Origin: Rebecca billardiae RCC1528
Lineage: Eukaryota > Protista > Haptophyta
Assembly (NCBI GenBank): GCA_965240325.2
Contig: OZ251246.1
Location: 868,001 to 932,000 of the forward strand
Reading direction: 5' to 3'
Length of the DNA stretch: 64,000 nucleotides
Shown: positions 24,546-35,169 of the stretch, in pieces
Layout: each line of letters starts with the position of its first letter
Numbering within the stretch: the stretch's first letter is position 1
The notes under the pieces: model-generated
What the model was told of the DNA's origin: nothing
What the model saw: the letters and a program-made list of their open reading frames with translations, nothing else
The model's database searches: none
Translations under genes and position numbers: made by a program

Positions 24546-25489
24546 TGATCGACTGAAAATTCCGGCAGCATCTAGCATAGTGTACGTGATGAATTTGATG
24601 ACATCAGGCGTTGTGTACATACAGCATGTATATATATACATCGGTATGTCGTATGAGTACAGCACTGGGAGTCTCAACCGCGATTTACGATATTATATAG
24701 CTCGGTATCTCTGTTATTTGTGCCACTGGACAGGTCATGTGAGCACTTGATTGCCTGGCTAGATGTGATCTATCATAGCACAGCCCACCCCCTGGCCATT
24801 CTGACTGAGTGGGTGGCTGCTTGGCCAGCTCTCCATGCTGGGCTGTGGTGCCATCCAGGATGCGCATGTGCAGCAGCCCAGGTGGGTGCAGCGAGGGGTG
24901 CGGCAGGCAGCAGTGGGTGGTCAGCTTGAAAATCCATGCAGGCCAGCCACCAGCAGCTAGGCTGCAGAGCTCTTGGCTGCACCAGCCCCACTCCAGCCCC
25001 CTCAAGTCGGGTGGCTGGCCACCCTCTGGGTGTGTCAGTGGGTGCTGCTGCTGGCCTCCCAGTGCAGGGGAGCTGACCCGACAGGTCCTTGCGCAGGTGG
25101 GGGCGCGGGATTGGGCACTGTGCCACAGCAGCTGCATCCCATGAGCTCCCCCCAGGTGGCATGCAGCCCTCTCTAGGGGGTACCAGATCCACTGCCAAGC
25201 ACAATTTAGGCCTGATCTGTGTGGGCACACGGCCCGCGACCAGTGACGGTGACAAGCCTGCTGCAGGATCTGGCCAGCTGCGACAGGCTGTACGCCTGCA
25301 GCCGTGTGACCTGCTGGTGTGCCCAACTCCAGCCCACGCGCGCCGGGGCTGACGCGCTGGGTCGAAACCGTCGTGCACGGGCCGTGGGGGCCGCCTGAAT
25401 CAGCCCAGGGGGGCAGGGTGACCGGTGAGCAGTGGCGTGCAGCTCAGTCACGGAGTCAGAATGTGACGTTTCTGAATTGTTGAGACCCC

Positions 25490-25675
25490 TGTATGTATGT
25501 ACAGGCGAAGTTATACCCCCATAACCGAACGGTTATAGAACAATGAGTATGATGTATGTACTGTGTATGTATGTATGCATGTCAGTGCATGTATGCATGT
25601 ATGCATGTATGCATGTATGTCATGTATGCGCATGTATGCATGTATGTATGATGTATGTATGCGTCGTATGTATCG
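25490..25675. repeat. Degenerate (TGTA/TGCA)n tetranucleotide satellite
   Basis: tgtatgcatgtatg.. units; the same satellite resumes at 27731-27855 beyond the inserted element. Confidence 0.8.
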
Positions 25676-25686
25676 GCTAGCTGTAG

Positions 25687-27729
25687 CACAGTGAACAAAA
25701 ACGGGATTATCGTCACCGTAACCTGTCCGATGCGAGCCGATTTTCGGGGAATTTATCGCGCGGGCCGCACGAGCGCACAGAAGACGCTACGGTGGTCGCG
25801 CAGGCGCCTGGCGAGTGCCCAGGGCATGGGACTGCAACACCCCACCCAGCCTCCCCATCCCTCCGCCCCTCTCTGCCTCGCCGGGTTGCACGCGGCTGGC
25901 CGGTCACGTAGCTCGTGGTGAGCTATTCGTGAGCGTGGGGCCCTGCTGCTCAGTGCGGCGATGCAGCGAGGCGAAGCGGCGCGTAAGATGGCGCATCTTA
26001 CTCCAAATGCAGTCTGCTGCCAGCACAGCCGCCCTCGCCGGAGTGCCTGGTCGTCACCTTCGTCGTGTGCACCTGTTGCGAGCTGCCGTCAACAAGCGAA
26101 TGCCTCAGGCCTCCCGGGAGCCATTCAAACACGCTCGTCCTCGACGAGGCGTGCGCGAGGCACCGCGCGAGCGCGGGAACGGCCCTTCCCAGCATACTCC
26201 TACACGGCCATCCACCTCGCCACAGCCTGCCATATCACACTCCTCCCCGCAACAGTGCCCGCGTGCCGCGTGCGAGGCCGGCCCAACCCCAGGCAGAACT
26301 GGTGCACAGATATTTTCGACTGCGAGGAGACGGCGGCGAGCACAGGCGTGCGGCGCCGTCCCGCGCTTCATTGGGATGTTCTAGACCAGTCGCGCGCCCG
26401 CGGCACCGCACCCGCCCTCTCCGCGTCGCGTGCCACTCCACGCAGCGCGCGCCCTCTCGGGCGATGCGAGTCTCGCCATCGACGGCGATCTTGCGGCTGA
26501 TTCGTACCCGCATGTATTCAACAAATACGACAAATCGCCGAGCCGAACGCACCTCGTCGCGCGATGGCATGGTCGCGCTGTGTGACGTCGCTCGCCGCAG
26601 GAAATTCGGTACGCGACGAGAGCACGGTGCACGCGCACGGCGCGGCGTGGGAGGCGGGGCGGTGTCGTCCTCGAGCCATCCCGCCCGCGCTGCGGTGCGC
26701 CAGCCGCCACCTCGCCGCGCCGTGGCCCATGCCGCGCGGCAGGTGTCGACCAGACCGACCTTGCCGCCCGACAGACGGCCGCACCGGAAATTCTGTATTT
26801 GTTGAATACAGACTTACCCACGTGCCCGTGCTGAGGCGGGGCCGGTGGCGGCGGCGTGGCGCGGCGGCGGCGGCGCGGGCAGCCTGACGGGCCAGATAGG
26901 GCGCGCCAGGTCGGGGCGATCGTGATGGGATGGTTCTATACGCATCAGCGCGTGCTCCTGTGCATCTCAAGAGCGCGCTGGGCGCCCTCTCTCGCGCCTA
27001 TGCCCATCCCACGCGGTCTGAGAAGCCTCTGTTTGGACACCGTTGGCTGCGCGCTCGGTCGTGGCTGCCCGGCGGGTCGAAGAGGTCGAGGCGAGCCGGG
27101 TCGTTCGCGACGGACGATGTCTATGGGTCATGGCGAGTGGCAGCACGCAGCTCGGGCGCGCGCCCGGCGCCTCCTCGCCGCGCTACATCCACACCAAGAT
27201 CTGGCCCAAAACCAGGCTTCAAGAGCGAAACTCAGTCTGGGAGCTGCTCAGGCCGCTGTGTGCGGTTTGGCGTACCGCAAACTTGTGGAGCGGGTGCCCA
27301 CATGGGTTGAGCACAATGCGACGTTGCGTTTTTCCGCGAAACACCACTTCCTCGCCTCTCCGCGCGCGCGCCGCGCGGCTACCGTGACCTCATCTTAACA
27401 GGTCACGTGTGGCCGCCCGTGGGGCGAGGGTGGGCGAGGAGGGGCGGGCGAGGGTGACGCCGCCCCGGGGAACCGCCTTGGCAGGCCGACCGACGCCTCG
27501 CAGTCCCCCTCGCGGCACACATGCGCGCACGCCCGCCGCTCGGAGCGCGCCATCGATTCGAATGGGCGTGCGCGCGAACGACCATGCTCAAACGGCTTCG
27601 GCCCGATCTTTCTCCACTGTGGCGGCGCGAAGTGCCGCGAACGGGGCATCAAAAAAATTCCAGCGCATCCCCACTGGGCGGAAGTGCGGACAGGTTACGG
27701 TGACGGCTAAAATCGAATTGTTTACTGTG
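25687..27729. mobile_element. Non-autonomous DNA transposon with 43-bp bipartite TIR (CACAGT termini), 2-bp AG flanks; CMC/EnSpm-like or Transib-like
   Basis: Left end CACAGTGAACAA-12nt-CGTCACCGTAACCTGTCCG. Reverse complement of the right end is CACAGTAAACAA-12nt-CGTCACCGTAACCTGTCCG. AG lies on both sides. Confidence 0.85.
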
Positions 27730-28350
27730 AGTATGTATGTATATGTATCGGTAGTGTGTATGTATGTATATATGTAGATATGTAGTCGTACATGTATGTC
27801 GCGTCGTATAATATATGTAGTATGTATGATGTATGTATGTATATGTATGTCTATAATGGCGCACGCCCCCCCCCCCCCGAAAGGTCTGACTCTGAGCGTG
27901 AGCGAAGCCGGGGGGGGTGGCGCACGTGCTCCGCAAAATCAGAAAAGACGAGGTGCGCAGGATTTTGGGGATTTTTGTAGGTGGATTTAGGTGTGAAGAC
28001 CCGGCATGTGAGTCGATATCGCTGCCAATGATTGCGTTCGTACTATCCGATTCCCCTGCTCGTATTAATCTCTTTTTGCAGCATGGATACTAATAGGACA
28101 ATTCCCTCGCTGAATAGCACAAATGGCCTTGGCCTTCTTGGCCCAATGCGGGTGGCATTCGACATCTCTATCTGGCCTCTGGGAGGATTAAGAGCTGGCT
28201 CTGAAAAGAAGTGTGGTGAGTGTGTCCTGGACAGCCTGAGCGGAAAGGTCAATAATTGCAGTTGTGATTCAATAAGATTCCGCTCACCCCTTATTGCAAA
28301 TTGATTCAAAGCCAATGCGGGTGTGATCGACGCGTAGCTCGTCTCTGAAA

Positions 28351-29774
28351 ATGGGTGTACTGGACAGAACGATCGGCGAACAGTCATCACGATCCTTGAA
28401 CTGCCGGCACGTCGGCGCGAGTGACTGTGAGGTTTTGTGCGATCGCGTGCGGGGCGCGGCGGCGTGTGCAGCGAGGAGGCGTCGGGGGCGGCGGCTGAAG
28501 GGAGCGAGGGCGGTGGTGGCGGCGCAGTCGAGGGAGGTGCGCCGGATGGCATGTCTGTCCTCACCCTCGCCGGCGGCGGCCGCCCGCGTGCCGCCGCCGC
28601 CGCGGCTCCGCGGCTTGCTGGCGACCGACTGACTGACTGCAGGTGATGCGACCGGACGGCGCCGATGCTGCGCGCATATACGAGGTGGCGCAGCTGCTGC
28701 TCGAGGTGATTGATCGCGCACTGCGCGCTCGACCCCGCCGAGCCCGCCGCATGCGCCACCCTCTCCGCAGGCTGCGTCGCAAATCTGACCTATCCGGTCG
28801 AAAGGCATCTGCACTCGGACCGCGCGGCGGCGCGGCCGCGGAGGCCGAGCGCGGGAGCCTGGCCCTGGGCGGCGGCAGGCGCGCGGCGGGGCATGTGCTG
28901 CCCGGGAGGCTGGCGCACTCGCCCAGCGCCGCCGCGCACACCGCCGCCGACCTCGCGCGCACGACCTCCGTCAACTCCTCCGTCAGCGGCGGAGAGCGCG
29001 TCGCGTCGCCGCCCATGCTGGTCGCTGCCGCCCAGCCGGTTCGTCATCCGAGCACAGTCGCCCCGCCGCGGCGCGGCGGCGGGGCGGATCGGAGGCGGCG
29101 GCGTCGGAGGGCGGCGTCGGAGGGCGGCGTCGGAGGGCGGAGCGGAGGGCTGCGGCGCGCCGCCGCCGCCGCCCGACGGGCTGCCGCGATCGCCGCTCGC
29201 CGCCGCGATCGCCGCCGCCGCCGACGGCGGCGGCGGCGACAACGGCGAGCGGCGACGGCGGCGGCGCGCGGGCGCCCGCAGCGCGTGCCGGGCCGGTCGC
29301 CGCCTGAGTGGTGGGACCGCCGCTAGGGGGCGGGGCGGGCGGAGGAGATGGCGGTGGCGAAGGAGGACGCGGTGGTGGACGTGGACGTCACGCAGTCCGG
29401 GCTGCACTGGCTCATCCACCTCCTCTCCGCACTCGACCCGCCGCTGTCACCGACGGCGCAGCAGCTGGCGGCGGCGCGACGGACGGTGGCGGGCGCGGCC
29501 GCGGCCGAGGCGGGCGCGCGCTGCGCGCGCCGCTGCGGCGGCGTGGAGCGGCGGGAGCTGAGCGGCGCGCTGCTGCACACGCAGTCACGCTGCGCTTACG
29601 TGCTGCAGACGCTGTGCGAGCGCGCCACCGCCGACGCCGTCGCGCCGCCGCTGGCCCCCGCCGCACCGGCACCGGCCGACCGTCCGACCGTGTCGTCACA
29701 AGCAGCCGCGGCTGCTGCTGGCTCATGTATGTATGTATGTATGTATGTATGTATCTCTCCCTCTCTCTCTCTCT

Positions 29775-29776
<2 letters not shown>
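28351..29776 (+). pseudogene. Hypothetical, possibly disrupted gene
   Basis: GC3-rich coding-looking segments (RIYEVAQLLLE; KEDAVVDVDVTQSGLHWLIHLLSALD) and a plausible intron 28537-28642. Against it: an in-frame TAG at 29324-29326 and a 13-bp tandem repeat near 29097-29135. Confidence 0.3.

Positions 29777-29808
<32 letters not shown>
29726..29808. repeat. (TATG)n + (CT)n microsatellite
   Basis: Seen directly. Confidence 0.92.
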
Positions 29809-29812
<4 letters not shown>

Positions 29813-30117
29813 GCTATCTATCATCAGCATCTATAGATCTATATACGATATCTGACTGTATAAGCTCGCGGAAGCACCGCCTGACGCGTGACGTACTCAG
29901 AGCAGTATAAGACTATTAGTAGTCCGAGACGATACTCTTATTAAGACCGTTAACTCTAGTCAGCTGCTCCGCGCAGAGACTACTGATATGGCGGCTGTTT
30001 TTCTGTCCGCGCGCTGCCCCGCCGGCACTGTTTTACATCAGTCGTCATACAGTATAACGACTCAGTCAGAGTGCCACTGTGACATGCCAGACTGCCATGC
30101 AGTATAGTGCTGTCACA

Positions 30118-31758
30118 TCACCGATCACTCTGAGGAGCCTGCTGACTGAGGGAGTGAGGAGGCTCGCCACCTGCTGACAGGGACAGTGCCGCGCACCACG
30201 CATGGCAGTGGGGCTTGTGCACCTTCCACGAGCTGCGCAGGTGCTCACGTGAGCAGAAGACAGCCACGTGGCACCGATCGCACTTCTTCAGACCATGGCC
30301 TGTCCGTCCGCAGGCGATGCAGCACTGGGAGACCACCTCGGGCATTCCAGCTGCATTGGCCAGCGCCGCACGTGCGTTGCCTTCCATGTTGGGATCGAGC
30401 TCTTGGGCACGGCGCAGCAGCCGCGCTCCCTCCTCCACGTCACGCTCCATCCCTATACCCAACAGCATCATCGACCCCAGGGAGCAGTGCCCACCTGCGC
30501 TCCCGCCTGCGCTACCGCCGTCAGCAGCCAGCCGGTACCAGCGAATCATCTCGTTGAGATCGGTCGACACGCCCTGTCCGCGCCCGTAGCATGCCGCCAG
30601 ATTGCACTGCGCTTCACCATAGCCCTGCTCGGCTGCCAGCCGGTACCAGCGAGCTGCCTCGCCCCAATCCTGCGACACGCCCTCGCCTCGCGCGTAGCAC
30701 ACGCCCAGGTTGTACTGCGCCGCAGCGTCGCCCTGCGCAGCCGCCAGCCGGTACCAGCGCACAGCCTCGCCCCAATCCAGCTGCGTGCCTTTGCCTTCTC
30801 GGTAGAACGCTGCCAGATTGAACTGCGCTGGCGCATCGCCCTGTTCGGCAGCCAGCCGATGCCAGCGCACCATCTCGCCCCAGTTCTGCGGCACACCCTC
30901 GCCTTGCTCGTAGCATTGGCCCAGATTGCACTGCGCGTCTACGTAGCCCTGCTCTGCCGCTAGCCGGTACAGGCGCGCAGCCTCGCCCATATCCTTCCGC
31001 ACACCATTGCCTTGCGCGTAGCACACGCCCAGATTGTACTGCGCCATGGCGTAGCCCTGCTCGGCTGCCAGCCGGTACCAGCGCACAGCCTCGCCCCTAT
31101 CCTGGTGCACGCCCTTGCCCTGTGCATAGGCAGCGCCCAGATTGACCTGCGCTCGAGCATAGCCCTGCTCGGCCGGCAGCCGTTGCCAGCGCACTGCCTC
31201 GCGCCAATCCTGCGCCACACCCTCGCCTCGCCCGTAGCATAGGCCCAAATGGAACTGTGCATCGACGTGGCCCTGCTCCGCCGCCAGCCGGTACCAGCGC
31301 ACTGCCTCGCCCCAATCCTGCTGCACACCCTTGCCTTGCTCGTACCACTCGCCCAGATTGTGCTGCGCCCCAGCATAGCCCTGCTCGGCCGCCAGCCGTT
31401 GCCAGCGCACTGCCTCGCCCCAATCATGCGCCACACCCTTGCCCCGCGCGTAGCACGCGCCCAGATTGACCTGCGCTTGAGCATAGCCTTGCTCGGCCCC
31501 CAGCCGGTACCAGCGCGCGGATGCCTCGAGGTCCACGGGCTGACCAAGCTCGCCTGCCGCGCAGATGTCGCCCATCCTCACCTGCGCCTCGGCAAAGCCG
31601 CGATCAGCGGCGAGGGTGTACAGGCGAAAGGCATCGCGCTCGTCCTGCTCGATACCGTCGCCATCCTCAGCCCGCCGCGCCAGAAGGAACGTCGCACGCG
31701 CGTCGCCGCGCCCCGACTTGCGCCAGAGGAGACCGACCGCCGCGGAAGCGTTCGCCAT
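30118..31758 (-). CDS. Sel1-like repeat protein (about 12 repeats) with C-terminal MYND zinc finger
   Basis: 36-aa repeats AQxNLGxCYxxGxGVxQDWGEAVRWYRLAAEQG and CIACG..LKKCDRCHVAVFCSREHLRSSWKVHKPHC. Intronless. Confidence 0.93.
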   Translation of the reverse strand: MANASAAVGLLWRKSGRGDARATFLLARRAEDGDGIEQDERDAFRLYTLAADRGFAEAQVRMGDICAAGELGQPVDLEASARWYRLGAEQGYAQAQVNLGACYARGKGVAHDWGEAVRWQRLAAEQGYAGAQHNLGEWYEQGKGVQQDWGEAVRWYRLAAEQGHVDAQFHLGLCYGRGEGVAQDWREAVRWQRLPAEQGYARAQVNLGAAYAQGKGVHQDRGEAVRWYRLAAEQGYAMAQYNLGVCYAQGNGVRKDMGEAARLYRLAAEQGYVDAQCNLGQCYEQGEGVPQNWGEMVRWHRLAAEQGDAPAQFNLAAFYREGKGTQLDWGEAVRWYRLAAAQGDAAAQYNLGVCYARGEGVSQDWGEAARWYRLAAEQGYGEAQCNLAACYGRGQGVSTDLNEMIRWYRLAADGGSAGGSAGGHCSLGSMMLLGIGMERDVEEGARLLRRAQELDPNMEGNARAALANAAGMPEVVSQCCIACGRTGHGLKKCDRCHVAVFCSREHLRSSWKVHKPHCHAWCAALSLSAGGEPPHSLSQQAPQSDR

Positions 31759-32927
31759 GAGCTAATTAATAAATAACGCAAAGCGTCCTCCCGCCAAGCC
31801 GTCCGCGAGACGAAGCAGTTTACTTGTGGATGGGGACAATTAATAATACCCACGGCTGGGCGGCGTACTTATCAACAAGGAAGTAATTACTTACACCGCA
31901 TCGAGCATCCAAACATATCCGGACGCTATGTTTTACTACTGCTATGGATAGATCGCGCGATACATTGCATACTTATTGACCATCTCATGCAAATTGTTCT
32001 CTTTAATACCGGCGGGCCGGAAGGGTTGGGTCCCACCCTTCGCGATGGCGCCCGTGCGCGCGAGCTCTGACGACGGCGCAAGGCTCAGAGTGGCGAGCGG
32101 AAGGGTCGGTACGGTCGGTATGGGTGACGAGGTAGACGATTGGCCCGATGGGCTGCCATCTGAGGACGAACTTGGCCCGCTCGAGCTCGACGATCTGGCC
32201 GACGGTCGTGATTCCCTCGATGATGCGGCAACAACTGCGCGGACGAGGAGACCGTTGAGACGCCAACCGGCTCAGAGCCCGCGCGCGACGCTGGGGGTAG
32301 GATAGATGCATCTGACCCAACGCCCAGCCAGGGCGACGCGTAAGGTCAAGGTGCTCAGCCCCCTCGCGGACGCAGACGCGGCGATGGTTGCGGTCGCTCG
32401 CGCCCTCCTGTTGCCAGGCGTGCGGTCGAGCCTTCCACCCCATCAGCTGCAACGTTTACCACGGCTGGTAGCCTGCTGATCCAGACGCCTAGTGAGCAAA
32501 CATGTTTCCCCGCTGAGCGCGAGCGAGTGCTGCTGCTGACACTCGATTTGTGCGCGCGCGCGGCCGCCCGACGCGCTCACCACTGCGTCGGCCAGCGGCT
32601 ACGTGCGCGCGCACCCGTGCGCGATGAAGCGAACTGCTACTCAGGGCGTCCGACACGGGCTGACGTAAGCCAGGGAGTAGTGGGCGATGCTTCCTGGCCA
32701 CACTGCACTCGTAGCACGCGTTTCTGGCTGACCATCGGAGCGCCTCAATGTGTCAGCGTAGCGGTGAAGGGTGCCAGGGTGGGATCCCACCCTTCGGATT
32801 TTCGACCGTTACCTGTCATGTAACGGCCGTGACGTGAAATATGTGACAGATGAAGATCGGTATATACCCAATTCGAGGTCGCTGAATCGATCTGTCACTG
32901 GCGCGGAACGCCAATCTCAACGCCCTG

Positions 32928-33020
32928 AAGAGAGAGAGAGACGGACGGAGAGAGAGCTAGATAGAGATCGAGCTAGAGAGACGGAGAGAGAGAGAGAGAG
33001 ATCGAGATCGAGAGAGAGAT
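32928..33020. repeat. Imperfect (AG)n microsatellite
   Basis: Seen directly. Confidence 0.85.
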
Positions 33021-33345
33021 ACATACAGCGAGCAAAAACGGTGCTGCTGAAGGGGGGAGTCCAGCCTTCGGCCGGCGGTACGTAAGGAGATAATGCGGTC
33101 GTCATCGTCAGAATGACGACAATCCGAGAAGCCTATCACCTCACCATTCAGATCACTACTCCGTACTGTACGACCTAACCGGACCGTACGGTCTGCCGCC
33201 GCCGCGGGCGCGGTGCCTGAACCTTAATACCTTTACCTTAATAATGTCACCGTACCGTTGCATGTTACTAGCTAGTCTGCTTGATGTTCGTCACGACCTC
33301 ACACCTCGACCTGGGGCCCGGCTAGCCCACGGGCGTGGGCATGCG

Positions 33346-33975
33346 CTACAAGAAGGAGTTGCTGTCGGGCAGCCGCTCCACCTCGTACTTGCGCGCCTTG
33401 ATCGTCATGATTGGCACGCCTGGGATTTTGCGCAGCCGCCGCTTCAGGTCCTTGTCGCACGTCGCGACGATGTAGCAGCGGTGCGCGGTGACGCGCTCGA
33501 CGAGGTCGTCATCCGCGTACGTGTTACCCGCGCGCATCGCGGGCAGCCGCTCGAACCGCGGGTCCTTCGCGATGCGCAGCGCCACGCGGTACTTGGGCCC
33601 GAGCTTCTCGAGCTCGGCCATGACCGCGTCGGTGACGCAGATGGTCACCTTGGCGCACAGGCAGTCCATCATCCCCTTCTGCATGTCGAGCTTGTTCTGG
33701 ATGGAGAAGTTGACGAAGTTGGTGTCGATCAGCACGTGGAACGGGGGGCCGAGCGCCGCGTTGTGCGAGAAGAACATGGAAGCAGACACCTGCGGCACGT
33801 TGCGCACCAGGCCGGCGTCCTCCGCCTTGCCGCCGCCCGCCCCGCTGCCGCCACGGCCACCCTTCGCCTGCGCCGCCTCGCGGCGTGCGACGGCGCCCTG
33901 CTTCAGCCGCGCGTCCTTCGGGCTGATCATCCGCTTCACCTCCGCGAACTTGCGCGTCTTCTTGGCCTTCCCCAT
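33346..33975 (-). CDS. FCF1: rRNA-processing PIN-domain protein FCF1/Utp24
   Basis: MGKAKKTRKFAEVKRMI, LGPPFHVLIDTNFVNFSIQNKLD, TYADDDLV, YIVATCDKDLKRRLRKIPGVPIM. Confidence 0.96.
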   Translation of the reverse strand: MGKAKKTRKFAEVKRMISPKDARLKQGAVARREAAQAKGGRGGSGAGGGKAEDAGLVRNVPQVSASMFFSHNAALGPPFHVLIDTNFVNFSIQNKLDMQKGMMDCLCAKVTICVTDAVMAELEKLGPKYRVALRIAKDPRFERLPAMRAGNTYADDDLVERVTAHRCYIVATCDKDLKRRLRKIPGVPIMTIKARKYEVERLPDSNSFL

Positions 33976-34334
33976 GGTGGCTTGATCTCACGTCCGCCCG
34001 CGCCCAAGGCCTCGCGCCTTCACGCACGTCGCCGGCCGGACTTCACGATGGCGGCGGCGATCAGGGGGTAGTTGACGTTGTTCAAGTGGTGTGGCCAAGG
34101 AAGCCCGGGGGTACAGTCTTACGTCTTGGGCGGCTTCTCTCAGTGGTTGGGCGCTGCTAAGCTGCTAGTCACGGGGACGGAGTCCGTGATCGTCGTTGGA
34201 ACTTACAGTACTAGTCTGTATCGGCTGCCAATGACTACCACAGGGCAGCCGTCGGCGTGCCAGAGGCAGAGGAGTGTCGCGGAGTCGTCGCCACGAGTCC
34301 CGGCCGTGTGCGTCGCCCGCAGCTCTCTCGCGCC

Positions 34335-35051
34335 TCAGTGCGAGGTGGCCCCGTGCTTCCTCAGCACCCGCACCACGTCAAACGCGTGCGACGCGAAGGC
34401 GATCGACATCGGCGTCTCCCGCCGGACGCGGCTCTCTGAGGTGGGCGCCGCCACGTCCGCGCCCGCGCGCAGCAGCGCTTCCGCGCCCTCCGCCAGGTTG
34501 TTCGAGGCCATGCGGTGCAGCGGGCGGTAGCCGTACGTGTCCGCCGCCTCGATCTGGCCACCCCGCTCGATGATCACCGCCGTCGCGCGCTGCCCACTCC
34601 GGCTCATCCCGCAGATGTGCAGCGGCGTGGCGCCCCCTGTCGAGATCTCGTTCACGAGATCGGGCTCAGCGTCCAGCAGCGCGGCGACCGCCTCGGGGCC
34701 GGACTGGATGGCGCGGGACATGCGCGTGTACCCGGTGCCGTCATAGACCGGCCCGTCCACCGGGTTGTGCCCCTGGTACTGCCGGCCGATCACCGGCTTC
34801 CCGTCGCTGCCGCGCTTGACGTTGCCGCCGTAGATGCCAGGCCCGACCGTGTCACGGTACGGGTCGAAACCCTCCGGGTCGGTCTCGCCGGCCTGGCCGT
34901 ACTTCTCGGCCATCCCCGGCGCGTGCGGGTCGTGCTGAATGCGCACACCATCCTCGCGGACGCGCGCGCGCGACATGTCGGACGCAACGATCGTGCGCGC
35001 GCGCGAGAGGGTGGCGAGGACGGTGACCAACACGCGGCCCGCGACCTGCAT
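34335..35051 (-). CDS. Ankyrin-repeat protein with Gly/Tyr/Asp-rich N-terminal domain
   Basis: GATPLHICG, GYRPLHRMASNN..GAEALLRAGAD, ETPMSIA; signal-like N-terminus. Confidence 0.82.
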   Translation of the reverse strand: MQVAGRVLVTVLATLSRARTIVASDMSRARVREDGVRIQHDPHAPGMAEKYGQAGETDPEGFDPYRDTVGPGIYGGNVKRGSDGKPVIGRQYQGHNPVDGPVYDGTGYTRMSRAIQSGPEAVAALLDAEPDLVNEISTGGATPLHICGMSRSGQRATAVIIERGGQIEAADTYGYRPLHRMASNNLAEGAEALLRAGADVAAPTSESRVRRETPMSIAFASHAFDVVRVLRKHGATSH

Positions 35052-35169
35052 CGAAGGCTCGCGCCGCTTGTGGCGAACAGGGACGAAGCTTCCGTCTTAG
35101 ATGAGCGAACGGTCCTGATTCGTGAAGCTTCCTTGAGCGGATGAAGCGGTACCCGGCTGTGGGCAGCGC

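Noticed and set aside
28643-29776. Selenocysteine or stop-codon readthrough gene
   Set aside because: The interrupting codon is TAG, not TGA; no redox motif or SECIS was recognised. A frameshift or mis-splicing is simpler.
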